A stretch of DNA of 64,000 bases. Source: Negativicutes bacterium. GTDB taxonomy: Bacteria; Bacillota; Negativicutes; UBA1444. Position numbers and translations under genes: made by a program. The notes beneath the pieces are model-generated. The model ran no database searches and was not told the origin of the DNA. It saw nothing but the letters and a program-made list of their open reading frames with translations. Positions 40,426 through 51,472 of the stretch are shown one piece after another. The DNA lies in NCBI GenBank assembly GCA_963665275.2, contig CAXXIN010000007.1, forward strand, positions 416,001 through 480,000, read 5' to 3'. Within the stretch, counting starts at the first letter, position 1, and each line of letters opens with the position of its first letter.

Positions 40426-41722
40426 TCAGGGATACATTTTATGCAACATGCGCGGAAAGGGAATTGATTCCCTGATATGATCCAGTCCGCAAATCCAGGC
40501 CACCGTGCGCTCGATGCCCAAACCAAAACCCGAATGCGGCACTGAGCCATAGCGCCGCAGATCCAGATACCATTCAAACGCTTCGCGCGGCAACTGGTGC
40601 TCGGCAATTCTCTTTTCCAGCAGCGCCAAATCATCAATACGCTGCCCGCCGCCAATCATCTCGCCGTATCCCTCAGGCGCCAGCAAATCTGCCCCTAACA
40701 CCACCTGATCATTTTCCGGATCGGGTTTCATGTAGAAGGCCTTGATTGCAGTAGGATATCTGTGAACAAACACCGGTGATTCAAAATGATTGCCGATGAT
40801 CGTTTCGTGAGGCGCTCCGAAGTCATCGCCCCATTCGAAGGTCTCACCCGCTTTATTCAGCAGCTCGACAGCCTCGGTATAGCTAATGCGCGGGAATGGT
40901 TTTTTCACGGCCTGCAGCTTGGAAATATCGCGTTCGAGCAGTTTCAGTTCATTCATGCAGCGATCAAGCACGCGCTCAACCACAAAAACGACCATGTCTT
41001 CCTGCAAGCGCATATTGTCATCCACATCAAAAAATGCCGCTTCCGCCTCAATCATCCAGAATTCCAGCAAATGCCGCCGGGTCTTGGACTTTTCCGCCCG
41101 GAACGTTGGGCCAAAACAATAGATCCTGCCTAGCGCAGCCGCTGTCGCCTCATTGTAGAGTTGTCCGCTTTGTGACAGATACGCCTTTTCGCCATGGTAG
41201 TCAATTTCAAACAAGTTGGTCGTGCCTTCGCAGGCTGCCGGAGTGATGATCGGTGCATCCGCCAGTAAAAAGTCGTTCCGGTAGAAAAACTCGCGCAACG
41301 CGAACTCAATTTCGGCCCGGACCCGCAGGATAGCCGCCTGTTTGGGCGTCCGGATCCAGAGGTGTCGGCGTTCCGCCAAAAAGTCCACTCCGTGCTCCTT
41401 CAGGCTGATGGGGTATTCCTCAGCAATACTGACTACCTCCAGCCCTGTAACGTCCAGTTCGTAGCCGCCCACCGCACGCGGTTCCGCCCGGACGGTTCCC
41501 CGCAAGCGAAGCGAGCCTCTCCTGCGTCAACGTTTCTGCGACCGCAAACGCCTCCGCGTTGCTTTTTAGCAACACTCCCTGCACCGTACCGGACCCGTCG
41601 CGCATAATCAGAAACGCGATTTTCCCTGACGAGCGTTTATTATAGAGCCAACCGCTAATTTCGACTTCTTGCCCGACATGCTCCGACAGATGCTTAATCA
41701 ATGTGGAAGTCAAACAATCCAC
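40426..41722 (-). CDS. asnS: Asparaginyl-tRNA synthetase (frameshift near 41510)
   Basis: OB-fold [55 protein letters not shown]. Confidence 0.93.
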
Positions 41723-41739
41723 CCCTTCGTTAGTTCGTT

Positions 41740-42975
41740 TCAGACCCGATTCTTGTCGTCGCGGAAAAACGCCTCGTGAATCGCGTTAACAGCATCTTTT
41801 GCCCGTTCTTCCCTGATCAGGCAAGACAGGCTGATTTCCGAGGTGCTGATGACTTCTATATTGATGCCGGCGCTCGATAGTGCGCCAAACATCCGGGCTG
41901 CCATGCCGGGGCTGCCTAGCATGCCGGCGCCGACGATCGACACCTTTGCCACAGCTTCATCAACCACTACGCCCAGCACTCCCAAATTGGCGCCGACTTT
42001 TTCCATGATGGCCCGGGTCTGGGCGGCATCTCCCTTGGTCACGGTGAAGACGATATCATTGATCTTCTTGTCCGCATTTCGGATGCTCTGTACGATCATA
42101 TCCACGTCGATATTGGCTTCGGCCAACGCAGAGAAAACCTTGAAAGCGATTCCCGGCTTGTCAGGCACACCCAATACTGCTACTTTGGCGACATTCATAT
42201 CGTGGGTGACCCCACGCACCACAAAATCTTTTTCTTCCATCGTGTACCCCTCCCTGATTATCGTCCCTGGCTCGGTGGTAAAAGTGGAACGGACATGAAT
42301 CGGCACCCCGTATCGCGAACCGAGTTCGACCGAACGCGGCTGCATGACTCCAGCGCCCAGTCGGGCCATCTCCAGCATCTCATTGTAGGTGATTTCCTTC
42401 ATTTTTCGCGCTGTTTTCACTACGCGCGGATCTGCAGAGTACACACCATCCACGTCGGTATAGATTTCGCACACCTTCGCGTCAAGAGCCCCTGCCAACG
42501 CCACTGCCGTCGTATCCGACCCGCCCCGGCCCAGTGTCATGATGTCACCATTGGGCGATACACCCTGAAACCCTGCTACCACCACGATATTGCCACGGGA
42601 TAGCTCTTCGAAGACCCGGTCCGGATTTATTTCCGTGATCCGTCCCTTCATGTGCACCGAATTAGTCCGAATTCCCGCCTGCGGCCCTGTCAGGGAAACC
42701 GCCGGGCAACCCAGATCAGCAAAAGCCATCGCCAATAGAGCAATCGTAACCTGTTCACCAGTTGCCAGGAGCATGTCCATTTCCCGACTACGCGTCGTAC
42801 CGGTCACATTTTTCGCCAAAGTGATTAAATCGTCGGTAGTGTCGCCCATCGCGGACACCGTCACCACGATTTGGTCATCCGGGCCCTTTTCCCGTACCAC
42901 CCGAGCTGCAACCGCCTTGATTTTCTCAGGCGTAGCCACCGAACTGCCACCAAATTTCTTTACCACGATTCCCAT
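41740..42975 (-). CDS. lysC: Aspartate kinase
   Basis: [25 protein letters not shown], two ACT domains. Confidence 0.95.
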   Translation of the reverse strand: MGIVVKKFGGSSVATPEKIKAVAARVVREKGPDDQIVVTVSAMGDTTDDLITLAKNVTGTTRSREMDMLLATGEQVTIALLAMAFADLGCPAVSLTGPQAGIRTNSVHMKGRITEINPDRVFEELSRGNIVVVAGFQGVSPNGDIMTLGRGGSDTTAVALAGALDAKVCEIYTDVDGVYSADPRVVKTARKMKEITYNEMLEMARLGAGVMQPRSVELGSRYGVPIHVRSTFTTEPGTIIREGYTMEEKDFVVRGVTHDMNVAKVAVLGVPDKPGIAFKVFSALAEANIDVDMIVQSIRNADKKINDIVFTVTKGDAAQTRAIMEKVGANLGVLGVVVDEAVAKVSIVGAGMLGSPGMAARMFGALSSAGINIEVISTSEISLSCLIREERAKDAVNAIHEAFFRDDKNRV

Positions 42976-43058
42976 GCTTACATCCCCCTGTTCAGCCAGA
43001 TAAACATTTTATTTATTCGCCACGAAATGACAAAACCCTGCCGTCAAGAGACACTCCG

Positions 43059-43090
43059 TAAAAAAAAGGCCCCGGAAATCCGGAGCCTTT
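43059..43090 (-). terminator. Intrinsic terminator after sor
   Basis: Minus strand AAAGGCTCCGG-ATTT-CCGGGGCC followed by a long T-run. Confidence 0.75.
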
Positions 43091-43106
43091 CACGTGCGTC
43101 AAGAAT

Positions 43107-43502
43107 TTACACCTCGACTTTAATGGCTTGCGAGCTTTCCCATAGTCCGTGGATATTACAATAGGCGACCGCCAAAAGGGTTCCCGATCCCATCAATTTC
43201 AACACCGCGTGAGCCGTTGGTTCGGTCAATGCCGCCCCTTTGTTTGGCCCTTCGGCTGATTCAGCATGGGCGCTGAACTCAAAGCTTCCCACTTCGTAAG
43301 CGAATTTTCCCGCATCGGGCTTGAAGTAAAGTCGAATCGAGCGGATATGGTGTTCCGTTGTGTTCGGATGGGCAATCTCCTTGCCTACGGATAACTCAAC
43401 CACGAACTTTTCACCGGCTTTGACGCTTTCCGGAGCCACAATGACCGGAACATGTTTTTCTGCTTTCCAGTCCGCCGTTTGAACAATTTCTGCTAATTTC
43501 AT
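43107..43502 (-). CDS. sor: Superoxide reductase (neelaredoxin, 1Fe-SOR)
   Basis: EKHVP, HPNTTEHHI, YCNIHGLW. Confidence 0.92.
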   Translation of the reverse strand: MKLAEIVQTADWKAEKHVPVIVAPESVKAGEKFVVELSVGKEIAHPNTTEHHIRSIRLYFKPDAGKFAYEVGSFEFSAHAESAEGPNKGAALTEPTAHAVLKLMGSGTLLAVAYCNIHGLWESSQAIKVEV

Positions 43503-43593
43503 TCTAACACCCTCCTATCATTTTTCATTGATGCTTCGCAACGAAGCCTCTCTAATTTCATTTCCCGATTCATTCGCAAATCCCTGCCGAAAA

Positions 43594-44772
43594 TCAACTT
43601 TCTTCTACATAATCTAGCCTTCTATTTCTCATTCCTGGCGCAATCCCCTGGTAAATTTTCACCTGCATATTTCTGATATTCCTAGGATCGATATCCTGCC
43701 ATTCTGCAGGCATCAAAGGCTCGACAGGCAATAACTTCAAATACTCATCGCAATTATAAATAGCGGATAATCCCTGCAATGCAACCAGTGCCGTCGATGA
43801 AAGCGAAACGGCTTCCATTTGGGAACGGTCCATTTCCATCGTGATGATGCATTCTTCCCGACCGCCGTCTTTGTTCATTCCCGCAACGTATACTTTTCCG
43901 AGGGCCGGAATTTTGGCAAACAAAACTGTGCTGAGCTGCATTAAAATGGCAGCGCATAATTCGGCGTACTGCTTGTTGATCTGGATGGATTCCTTTTTTT
44001 CATATTGGATCTTCCCTGATTCGGTGAGCGATGTCCGCTCCGTCGGAATGATCATTTTGGCAGGCAGCCACGCTTTCACCCGGATGATGCTGCCCTGCAG
44101 ATCCAGATCCACATCCATAGGAAATGGTAGGAGCAGTTTGGGCAGATACTCATCGATCGTCATGATCGCAGCGGAGAGATCTCCATTGAGCAACCGAACG
44201 TAAAACTCAATCCGCTCTTCTTCCGCTTCTTCATGAATTCGTCGCTGTTGTGTGATGATTTCTTCCTGGGCGCGCACCTTAGTTTCGATTTCCAACCGCG
44301 TGTCCTTCTCAATTTTCTCCAGAGTGGATTGCAGCTTGCGGATCGTCCTGAATTGCAAAAAGCTTAGGGTCGCTACCATAATAACGACCAATATGAATGT
44401 GATAGTGCCCGGAAACAAAGCTACGCTGAGAATCAACGCCGCAATGAAGCCCCAGCGAATGTTGATGGGACGGCGGAACGTACGCTCGACCATGAGCAAT
44501 CGTTCCGGCAGCAACGACTGAAACTCCTGGCGCACCGGTTCCTTGAAAGGTTCCTTGACCAAGAAACGCACATAATCTTCGCGTTCATATCCAAACTTGC
44601 TGACGTCAGTCAATGCCTTTTCAACGGCTTCATGCCGCTGGTGTTCGGCCAACCACCTTTGCTGCTGGGCATTTTGACGGTAGTAACGATCACTGGCGTA
44701 TTCTTTCACCAGGCCGCTGCGCAAAGCATACTGTTCCCGTTTGGGTTCGTCTATAGTTGCCTTTTTCGTCAA
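43594..44772 (-). CDS. Hypothetical membrane protein (2 TM, coiled coil, soluble C-terminal domain)
   Basis: About 390-aa ORF with hydrophobic hairpin WGFIAALIL...LSFLQF; SD GGAGG precedes TTG 44772. Confidence 0.75.
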   Translation of the reverse strand: MTKKATIDEPKREQYALRSGLVKEYASDRYYRQNAQQQRWLAEHQRHEAVEKALTDVSKFGYEREDYVRFLVKEPFKEPVRQEFQSLLPERLLMVERTFRRPINIRWGFIAALILSVALFPGTITFILVVIMVATLSFLQFRTIRKLQSTLEKIEKDTRLEIETKVRAQEEIITQQRRIHEEAEEERIEFYVRLLNGDLSAAIMTIDEYLPKLLLPFPMDVDLDLQGSIIRVKAWLPAKMIIPTERTSLTESGKIQYEKKESIQINKQYAELCAAILMQLSTVLFAKIPALGKVYVAGMNKDGGREECIITMEMDRSQMEAVSLSSTALVALQGLSAIYNCDEYLKLLPVEPLMPAEWQDIDPRNIRNMQVKIYQGIAPGMRNRRLDYVEES

Positions 44773-44953
44773 CGGATAACCTCCCCAGCTCATGAGCAAG
44801 CCTCTAAATTACACGATAATTTTTGATGAATTGCTTATCATTACTATATCATCATTCCTCCTGAGAAAACACCTGCCGGAAGCATCCGCGAAGTACTTGT
44901 TGTGATATAATAAATCTCGGAATAGAGTAATAATACTTTGGGAGGGATAGACT

Positions 44954-45883
44954 ATGCCATTGGTTACTTCAAAAGAAATGTTCAAAAAAGCGTACGAAGG
45001 AAATTACGCAGTCGGAGCTTTCAATGTGAACAACATGGAAATTATCCAAGGTATCGTGGATGCGGCCAAAGAAGAAAACGCCCCCCTGATCCTGCAGGTT
45101 TCCGCCGGCGCCCGCAAGTATGCCAAACATATTTATTTGATGAAACTCGTGGAAGCAGCCGTCGAAGACTCCGGCCTGCCCATTTGCCTGCACCTTGACC
45201 ATGGGGATGATTTTGAAATTTGCAAATCCTGTGTAGACGGCGGGTTCACATCCGTCATGATCGACGGCTCCAAACATCCGTTTGAAGAAAATATCGCACT
45301 GACCAAGAAGGTCGTTGAATATGCCCACGCCCACGGAGTTGTTGTGGAAGCTGAACTCGGACGCCTCGCAGGTGTTGAAGACGCAGTGAAAGTCAATACC
45401 AAAGATGCCTCCTACACCGATCCTGATCAGGCGGTCGAGTTCGTGCAAAAAACCGGTGTTGACTCGCTGGCAATCGCCATCGGTACCAGTCATGGCGCTT
45501 ACAAGTTCAAAGGCGATCCGTCTCTTGATTTTGCCAGGCTTGAAAAAATTTCCCAATTGCTGCCCAACTTCCCATTGGTTCTTCATGGCGCTTCCACCGT
45601 CCTGCCGGAATTCGTTGCCAAATGCAACAAATACGGCGGCAAGATAGACGGCGCCCAAGGAGTACCTGAAGAGATGCTGCTCCGGGCGGGTAAGCTTGGT
45701 GTTTGCAAAATCAATATTGATACCGACCTGCGTCTGGCTTTGACAGCAGCGATTCGGGAACATTTCGCACTTAATCCTGGCGACTTCGATCCCCGACAGT
45801 ATCTGAAACCGGCGCGTGAAGCCATTAAAGGCATGGTTCAGCATAAAATCAAAAATGTCCTGAATTGCAGCGGCAGAGTGTAG
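44954..45883 (+). CDS. fba: Class II fructose-1,6-bisphosphate aldolase
   Basis: GAFNVNN, HLDHG, VMIDGS, EAELG, GTSHGAYK, LHGAS, KINIDTD. Confidence 0.95.
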   Translation: MPLVTSKEMFKKAYEGNYAVGAFNVNNMEIIQGIVDAAKEENAPLILQVSAGARKYAKHIYLMKLVEAAVEDSGLPICLHLDHGDDFEICKSCVDGGFTSVMIDGSKHPFEENIALTKKVVEYAHAHGVVVEAELGRLAGVEDAVKVNTKDASYTDPDQAVEFVQKTGVDSLAIAIGTSHGAYKFKGDPSLDFARLEKISQLLPNFPLVLHGASTVLPEFVAKCNKYGGKIDGAQGVPEEMLLRAGKLGVCKINIDTDLRLALTAAIREHFALNPGDFDPRQYLKPAREAIKGMVQHKIKNVLNCSGRV

Positions 45884-45910
45884 TCATAAAACAACTTATC
45901 TTTTCAGATT

Positions 45911-45952
45911 AAAAATGACCGGAACGGAAAATATCCGCATCCGGTCATTTTT
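45911..45952. terminator. Bidirectional terminator between fba and uxaE
   Basis: AAAAATGACCGGA...TCCGGTCATTTTT. Confidence 0.8.
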
Positions 45953-45960
45953 TGTTGAAC

Positions 45961-47505
45961 TTATTGGGCTGTTTTTCCCGTATCCATCAGTGATTTTAAC
46001 GTCTTTACGTGATGACCGATATGCTTGAGTAGAACTTCAGAATAAGCATCTTCGTTTTCATCCCACAATTGATACAGGCGTTCGCGGAACAAAGGAGCTC
46101 CTTGCGCATCTTTATCCGTCAGAATGTACCCATAGGTGATGTGAAGCAGCTGTCTGGCGTCCTCTTCATTCAGCATCCTTTCCAGTGCGGCGTCAGACAA
46201 AGTATCCGCATCAGGAATCTTCTTCAAATCTGTTGTCACATGATAGAACTTCGTCGCATCAGGAAAACGCATTCTTGCATGAGCGCAGATCTTGCGGAAG
46301 AAGCCGGGGTCAACGCGGCAAACCACTCTCAGCGCTTCCAACCAGTTGGTACCCGCCGTTTTCACATGCACCCTGCCGCCGGTGTATTTCCCGATGATGG
46401 GAAACACCTTGAACTTGTCGCTGCCGGAGTGGATGCTCAGACGATAACCGAAGTGGTCTGCAATCGCCGAGTGAACAACAAATTCAGCCTCAAACTGCGC
46501 CAAATCTCCGATATAGTCGATCGCTTTTTGAAATTCGCCGCAAAAGCGCGGTGCGACGCTAGTCAGCTCGATTCCTGCTTTTTTCATCTCCGCTGCCATA
46601 AAATAGTGTGCTTCCGCCGTAGTGGGAGTTTCCGTTTCGTCAATGGAAAGCTCAAAATCGATTTCCGCCGCCCGAGGTGCGATAAAGGTCGTATGAATTT
46701 CTTTGATGAAAGCCAATGTGGCGCCATAGGTCATCACGGTTCTTTGTAACGACTCTGCATTAAAGGTGATTGGAATCTTGCCCACTAGGAACGTCTTGCC
46801 CAGATACTCAGATTCCATCTCCTGTTTTAGCGCCGGCGCCAACTTGGCATATTGCTGCGCCACTTCTGAGGCACTCAGGGCATTCACGGTATTGTCGATC
46901 TTCTCGGAGCAATCAAGTGTAATCATCGAATACCCCAAGCCCAATGCCATTTTAACTTCCTCGGGCTTTTTCAGATGATCGCCGTCAGCACCAAAGCCTT
47001 CGTGGAAGCCTTCCTGCAAAACCGCCCACGACGCCGCATCCAATACATCTTTGTACGTTCTCTCGGTCAATGTGAGTTCGCGGATGGATTGCTGCGCCAA
47101 TACCGGTCGAATTTGCGTACCTTTCAGACACCGCAAATGTCCAGGCGATGCGAGCCCCAGACGATCGCCCAACCCCATGCTGAAGCTCTCGCGGCCAAAG
47201 GGAACCGGTTTCATAAACGGGAAATAATTCCGCATTGTTACCGCATTGGCGTGAGAAAGTGCAGCGACCTTATAAGGAACGTCGAGAATGTTTCCTGTTT
47301 CCTCTGCAACAATATCGGTAAAAAGTGAACTTTCTTTTCGATTCAATACAATGAGTTTTTTCCCACTTTGGGTGCGCGTCAAAAACAATGCTACATCAGC
47401 ATTTACGACAAGCGAATCCTGATAAACCCCTTCTTGCTTTTCGGCCGAACACGCATACCCGCTCCCAATTAATTGGGCAGCAAAAGATTCCCACGCATTT
47501 TTCAC
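45961..47505 (-). CDS. uxaE: Tagaturonate/fructuronate epimerase
   Basis: GLGDRLG, LAQQSIRE, GADGDHLK, ELSIDET, SIHSGSDKF, HVKTAGTNWLEA. Confidence 0.9.
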   Translation of the reverse strand: MKNAWESFAAQLIGSGYACSAEKQEGVYQDSLVVNADVALFLTRTQSGKKLIVLNRKESSLFTDIVAEETGNILDVPYKVAALSHANAVTMRNYFPFMKPVPFGRESFSMGLGDRLGLASPGHLRCLKGTQIRPVLAQQSIRELTLTERTYKDVLDAASWAVLQEGFHEGFGADGDHLKKPEEVKMALGLGYSMITLDCSEKIDNTVNALSASEVAQQYAKLAPALKQEMESEYLGKTFLVGKIPITFNAESLQRTVMTYGATLAFIKEIHTTFIAPRAAEIDFELSIDETETPTTAEAHYFMAAEMKKAGIELTSVAPRFCGEFQKAIDYIGDLAQFEAEFVVHSAIADHFGYRLSIHSGSDKFKVFPIIGKYTGGRVHVKTAGTNWLEALRVVCRVDPGFFRKICAHARMRFPDATKFYHVTTDLKKIPDADTLSDAALERMLNEEDARQLLHITYGYILTDKDAQGAPLFRERLYQLWDENEDAYSEVLLKHIGHHVKTLKSLMDTGKTAQ

Positions 47506-47711
47506 TAAACATTCCTCCCTAATTCGATCTTTTGGCTTTTCACTTAAATTCGCGGCTTATCGTCAAAAAACCTGCGTCACAAATATTTATGCAAAATTCT
47601 TTCAACATGGCAGGATTTATGGGTTCGCTGTATAAATATATAAATTAGGTTCGTTTAGGTTCGCTAACCACTCGAACCCCTTTGTATCAAATTGTGAAAG
47701 GAGTATCTGTT

Positions 47712-48212
47712 TTGGTGGGTCTAAAAAAATTGTTCCTGGCCATTGATTCTTTTGTGGAATCGTTTTGCCTGCTGAGCATGCTGACGATGGTCATCATCGT
47801 ATCTGTTCAGGTTGTCACCCGCAAATTGTTCAACTTTGTCTTTTTCTGGTCGGAGGAAGTTACCTTGCTGCTGCTCGCCTGGTTTGCCTTCATGGGCATT
47901 GCCATCGGCGTCCGCGAACACCTTCATCTTGCAATGGATGTGCTCGAAAGCTTCGCTTCCAAAAAAGCCTTAAAGATGTTGGATAAATTGATCGAGGTTT
48001 TCACTCTCATATTTGGTATTTACCTCATCATTTATGGCTGGCAATTTACAGCGTTGATGGGTGAATCGACTCTCCCTGCCACCAAATTACCCAACAGCGC
48101 TCTTTATGTTGTTATGCCGCTTACAGGAGTGATGATCTGTGCCTATTCAGTCCTCCAATTAATGGGCATCGATACCACACGTCATAAAAACCTTGGAGGA
48201 GGATTGGACTAA
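47712..48212 (+). CDS. dctQ: TRAP transporter small permease
   Basis: 4 TM segments, WSEE motif, HLAMD. Confidence 0.88.
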   Translation: MVGLKKLFLAIDSFVESFCLLSMLTMVIIVSVQVVTRKLFNFVFFWSEEVTLLLLAWFAFMGIAIGVREHLHLAMDVLESFASKKALKMLDKLIEVFTLIFGIYLIIYGWQFTALMGESTLPATKLPNSALYVVMPLTGVMICAYSVLQLMGIDTTRHKNLGGGLD

Positions 48213-49505
48213 TGCCGGATCAAACAACCGCAAGCTGGATTCTTGTTTCCAGCTTTGTCATTCTACTAGTTCTTCGTTTTCCTGTCGCACTGACGCTCGT
48301 CGGTTCGACAGTGATCACACTCTGGTACCTCGACCTCCCGATCATCGTGGCATCCCAGCAGATGATCCAGGGCATTACCAACTACTCACTGCTAGCCATC
48401 CCATTCTTCATCCTCACTGGTCAGATTCTACAGGAAGGTGGACTGGCGCATCGTATCGTTAAAATGACCAATATTTTCGTGGGCCGCATCCGTGGTGGTC
48501 TGGCGCTGGCTAATAGCGTTGCCTGCATGATCTTCGGGGGCATGTCCGGTTCAGCAGTCGCAGACGCTTCTGCTGTCGGAGCGGTCATGATTCCGATGAT
48601 GGTTGATAAAGGATACGATGCAGACTACGCGGTAGGAGTTACAATTTCTTCTGCTATTCAGGGCGTCGTCGTTCCGCCGAGCCACAACATGGTCCTCTAT
48701 TCGATCGTGGCTGGGGGCGTTTCAGTCGGCAGCATGTTCCTTGCAGGGATGATCCCAGGTCTGATTTTACTCTCTTCCTTGATGATCACAGGTTACCTGA
48801 TCGGCTTGAAACGCGGCTACGGTTATGGAGAAGCCGTTATCAGGAGTCAAATCCCCTCCATCATGATTCACGGTCTCCTTTCTTTCACTCCCGCAGTCAT
48901 CATCGTTAGCGCCATCATCTCCGGTTGGGCCACCGCGACGGAAGCGGGCGCCATTGCCGCCGTATATGCTTTCGTGCTGGCGTTCCTTGCCTATCGGGAG
49001 GCCCCTTTAAAGAATATGTGGGGTGTTTTAATCCGGACATTCCGTACCGTGTTGATGGTTTTTTTCCTCATTGCAGCTTCTCAGGCTTTTGGCTGGGTCA
49101 TGGCCTATCTCCATCTGCCCGACATCATTACCGACTGGTTTTTAGGCGTGTCCAACCAGCCGTGGGTCATCCTGCTCATGATCAACGTTCTCCTCTTGCT
49201 TCTTGGGCGGCCCGATGGATATGGCTCCGATGATCCTGATCCTGACCCCGATTTTACTGCCTGTCTGTGTCAAACTTGGGATGGATCCGATACAATTTGG
49301 CATTATCATGATCTTCAACTCAGGAATGGGCTTACTTACGCCTCCGGTTGGAACTGTTCTATTCGTGGGCTGCGCTATCGGAAAAGTGTCGGTTGAAGCC
49401 GGAACTAAGGCGATGTTACCTTTCTTCTATGCTATGATTGTCGTCCTCATGGCAATTACTTATATTCCTGCAATTACCATGTGGCTGCCCAAAATGTTCA
49501 TGTAG
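48212..49505 (+). CDS. dctM: TRAP transporter large permease (frameshift near 49210)
   Basis: LAIPFF, SGSAVAD, PPSH, TATEAG, LTPPVG. Confidence 0.9.
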
Positions 49506-49578
49506 TGCCAATACAGCTGGGAGTTTTTCCTCTTACGAGGAATTGTTGCTTCACACAAAATATAAGGAGGTCCGATTC

Positions 49579-50598
49579 ATGCGTAAACACCATCTCATCG
49601 CTCTATTCGTCGTTGCCCTGTTTTCTCTTTCCCTGATTGCCGCCGGTTGTGGCGGGGACAAAAAACCTGCAGCTCCAGCAGCAGCTCCAGCAGCAGCAAC
49701 CATGGTTCTCAAGTTGGGTGAAACTCATCCGCCAGATTACCCCACCACGATGGGCGACAAGAAATTCGCCGAACTGGTGACCGAGCGTACCAAAGGCCGT
49801 ATCAAAGTCGAAGTATATCCGTCCTCGCAACTGGGTGAAGAAAAAGCAGTCATCGAGCAACTTCAGCTCGGCGCCGTCGCTTTCACCCGTGTAAGCTCGG
49901 CCCCGTTGGCTGAGTTCCACAAACCGCTGGGTGTATTTTCTCTCCCCTACATCTTCGATTCGTCTGCCCATATGTGGAAATTCCTTGATAGCGCTGACGG
50001 CATGAAATTGCTGGACGGACTACAATCCTCCCGTTTCGTGGGCCTGTGTTACTATGATCCAGGCGCCCGCAGCTTCTACTCCACGAAGCCTCTCAAGTCG
50101 TTAGCTGATCTTAAGGGAATGAAAATCCGGGTTCAACAGAACAAAATCAACATGGACATGATCGCAGCCCTGGGCGCCAGTGCGACCCCCATGCCTTACG
50201 GTCAGGTTTTCAGCGCTTTGCAGACCGGCGTTATCGATGGCGCGGAAAACAACTTCCCGAGCTACCTGACCGCCAGTCATTCCCAGGTTGCCAAATATTA
50301 TCTGCGTGACGGACATCAAATGGTTCCTGAAGTTCTGATCATGAGCAAAGTTGTCTGGGACAAGCTGACTCCTGAAGATCAAAAGATCGTCAAACAGGCT
50401 GCTTTGGACTCCGTGAAAACCCAACGCGAACTCTGGAACAAATTCGAAAAAGAAGCAGAAGCCAAAGTTAAGGCTGATGGTTCCACCGTAACCGAAATTA
50501 CCGATGTAAAAGTTTGGCAAGCCGCTGTCAAACCGGTTATTGACAAATACGGTCCTGAATACAAAGAAGTGCTCGACCAAATCAGCAAAGCTCGCTAG
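49579..50598 (+). CDS. dctP: TRAP substrate-binding lipoprotein (probably sugar-acid specific)
   Basis: SD AAGGAGG, lipobox AAGC, SQLGEE, DLKGMKIRV, LQTGVIDGAEN. Confidence 0.92.
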   Translation: MRKHHLIALFVVALFSLSLIAAGCGGDKKPAAPAAAPAAATMVLKLGETHPPDYPTTMGDKKFAELVTERTKGRIKVEVYPSSQLGEEKAVIEQLQLGAVAFTRVSSAPLAEFHKPLGVFSLPYIFDSSAHMWKFLDSADGMKLLDGLQSSRFVGLCYYDPGARSFYSTKPLKSLADLKGMKIRVQQNKINMDMIAALGASATPMPYGQVFSALQTGVIDGAENNFPSYLTASHSQVAKYYLRDGHQMVPEVLIMSKVVWDKLTPEDQKIVKQAALDSVKTQRELWNKFEKEAEAKVKADGSTVTEITDVKVWQAAVKPVIDKYGPEYKEVLDQISKAR

Positions 50599-50628
50599 CC
50601 GAAACTTGGAATAAGCAAAGTCCGAGGG

Positions 50629-50671
50629 ACGGGATGTTTCCGCCGTAATCAATGCGGGAACATCCCGTTTT
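50629..50671 (+). terminator. Intrinsic terminator after dctP
   Basis: ACGGGATGTTTCCGC...GCGGGAACATCCCGTTTT. Confidence 0.75.
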
Positions 50672-50786
50672 GCTTTATATTCAGACATGAGGGTCTTTTG
50701 CAGGAATTATCGGATTCTGCAAGAATTAATCATAAAGAAGTCAAGATAGCATTGCGAAATTGAATCGACAAGAAAGAAGGTCAAGC

Positions 50787-51353
50787 ATGAAACAAAACCC
50801 GCTAATAGTATTCCTCCTCACTTTAGTTCTGCTCTCCGGCGCTGCGACCGCTGACGCAGCCGCCAATCCGATCCCTTCGGCTTCGACTCCCTCAACGGCC
50901 GCTGCTCCTGCGGGGTCTCCTCCTGCAGCTTATGTACAGGCTCTTAAAACTCTACAAGAAAACAAGTATGGAGAGAATGAGCTCAAGAGTTTTGTGTACC
51001 AGATATTTTCTCTATTTGACCGCCATGCGGAAATCAGCCAGTTGCTGCTCCTCTTTGCAGATGAAGATCTATACATGAGTGTGCCGGAAGGAAAAGTCGA
51101 TTCCCATCGGGAATTCGAAAAATGGTATGCCGGCGTTGGCGCGAAATATCAATCCAATACCCATACTGTCGAACGAATCGATGTGCAAATCCCTAAAAAG
51201 GGCGACTACCGTGTCGACCTGATTGTGAATTGGCAGGCTCTGGATCGAGAAGGAAAATTCACCTCCACGCGGATGCGTCAAAAGTGGCAAATCGTTGATG
51301 GCGGCGGCTACTGGCCCCGCATCGTCAGCTATATCGTTGAGCCGGTCCTATAA
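50787..51353 (+). CDS. Secreted protein, probable NTF2/SnoaL-like fold
   Basis: Signal peptide ending ADA, Pro/Ala/Ser linker, then a helix-helix-beta-sheet pattern (FEKWY...NTHTV...VNWQA...QKW). Confidence 0.65.
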   Translation: MKQNPLIVFLLTLVLLSGAATADAAANPIPSASTPSTAAAPAGSPPAAYVQALKTLQENKYGENELKSFVYQIFSLFDRHAEISQLLLLFADEDLYMSVPEGKVDSHREFEKWYAGVGAKYQSNTHTVERIDVQIPKKGDYRVDLIVNWQALDREGKFTSTRMRQKWQIVDGGGYWPRIVSYIVEPVL

Positions 51354-51382
51354 GATTTTGATTTTTTCCACGTTCCGCAACT

Positions 51383-51434
51383 AAAAGGTGCTGTCGCGAG
51401 CAGGCTTTGCAACCTGATTGCGACAGCACCTTTT
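51383..51434. terminator. Bidirectional terminator
   Basis: AAAAGGTGCTGTCGC...GCGACAGCACCTTTT between convergent genes. Confidence 0.75.
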
Positions 51435-51472
51435 CCACTTGGCCATAAAGCAAGATAGGATAAAATCGATTC

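Noticed and set aside
37357-41722. Apparent pseudogenes (nucleoside kinase, asnS)
   Set aside because: Single-base indels with intact motifs, seen throughout the window; assembly error is more parsimonious.
42976-43106. Lysine riboswitch or T-box ahead of lysC/asnS
   Set aside because: The intergenic space is too short and is occupied by a terminator and a SigH-like promoter.
49668-49698. GCAGCTCCAGCA tandem repeat in dctP
   Set aside because: Encodes an ordinary Pro/Ala lipoprotein linker (PAAPAAAPAAA).
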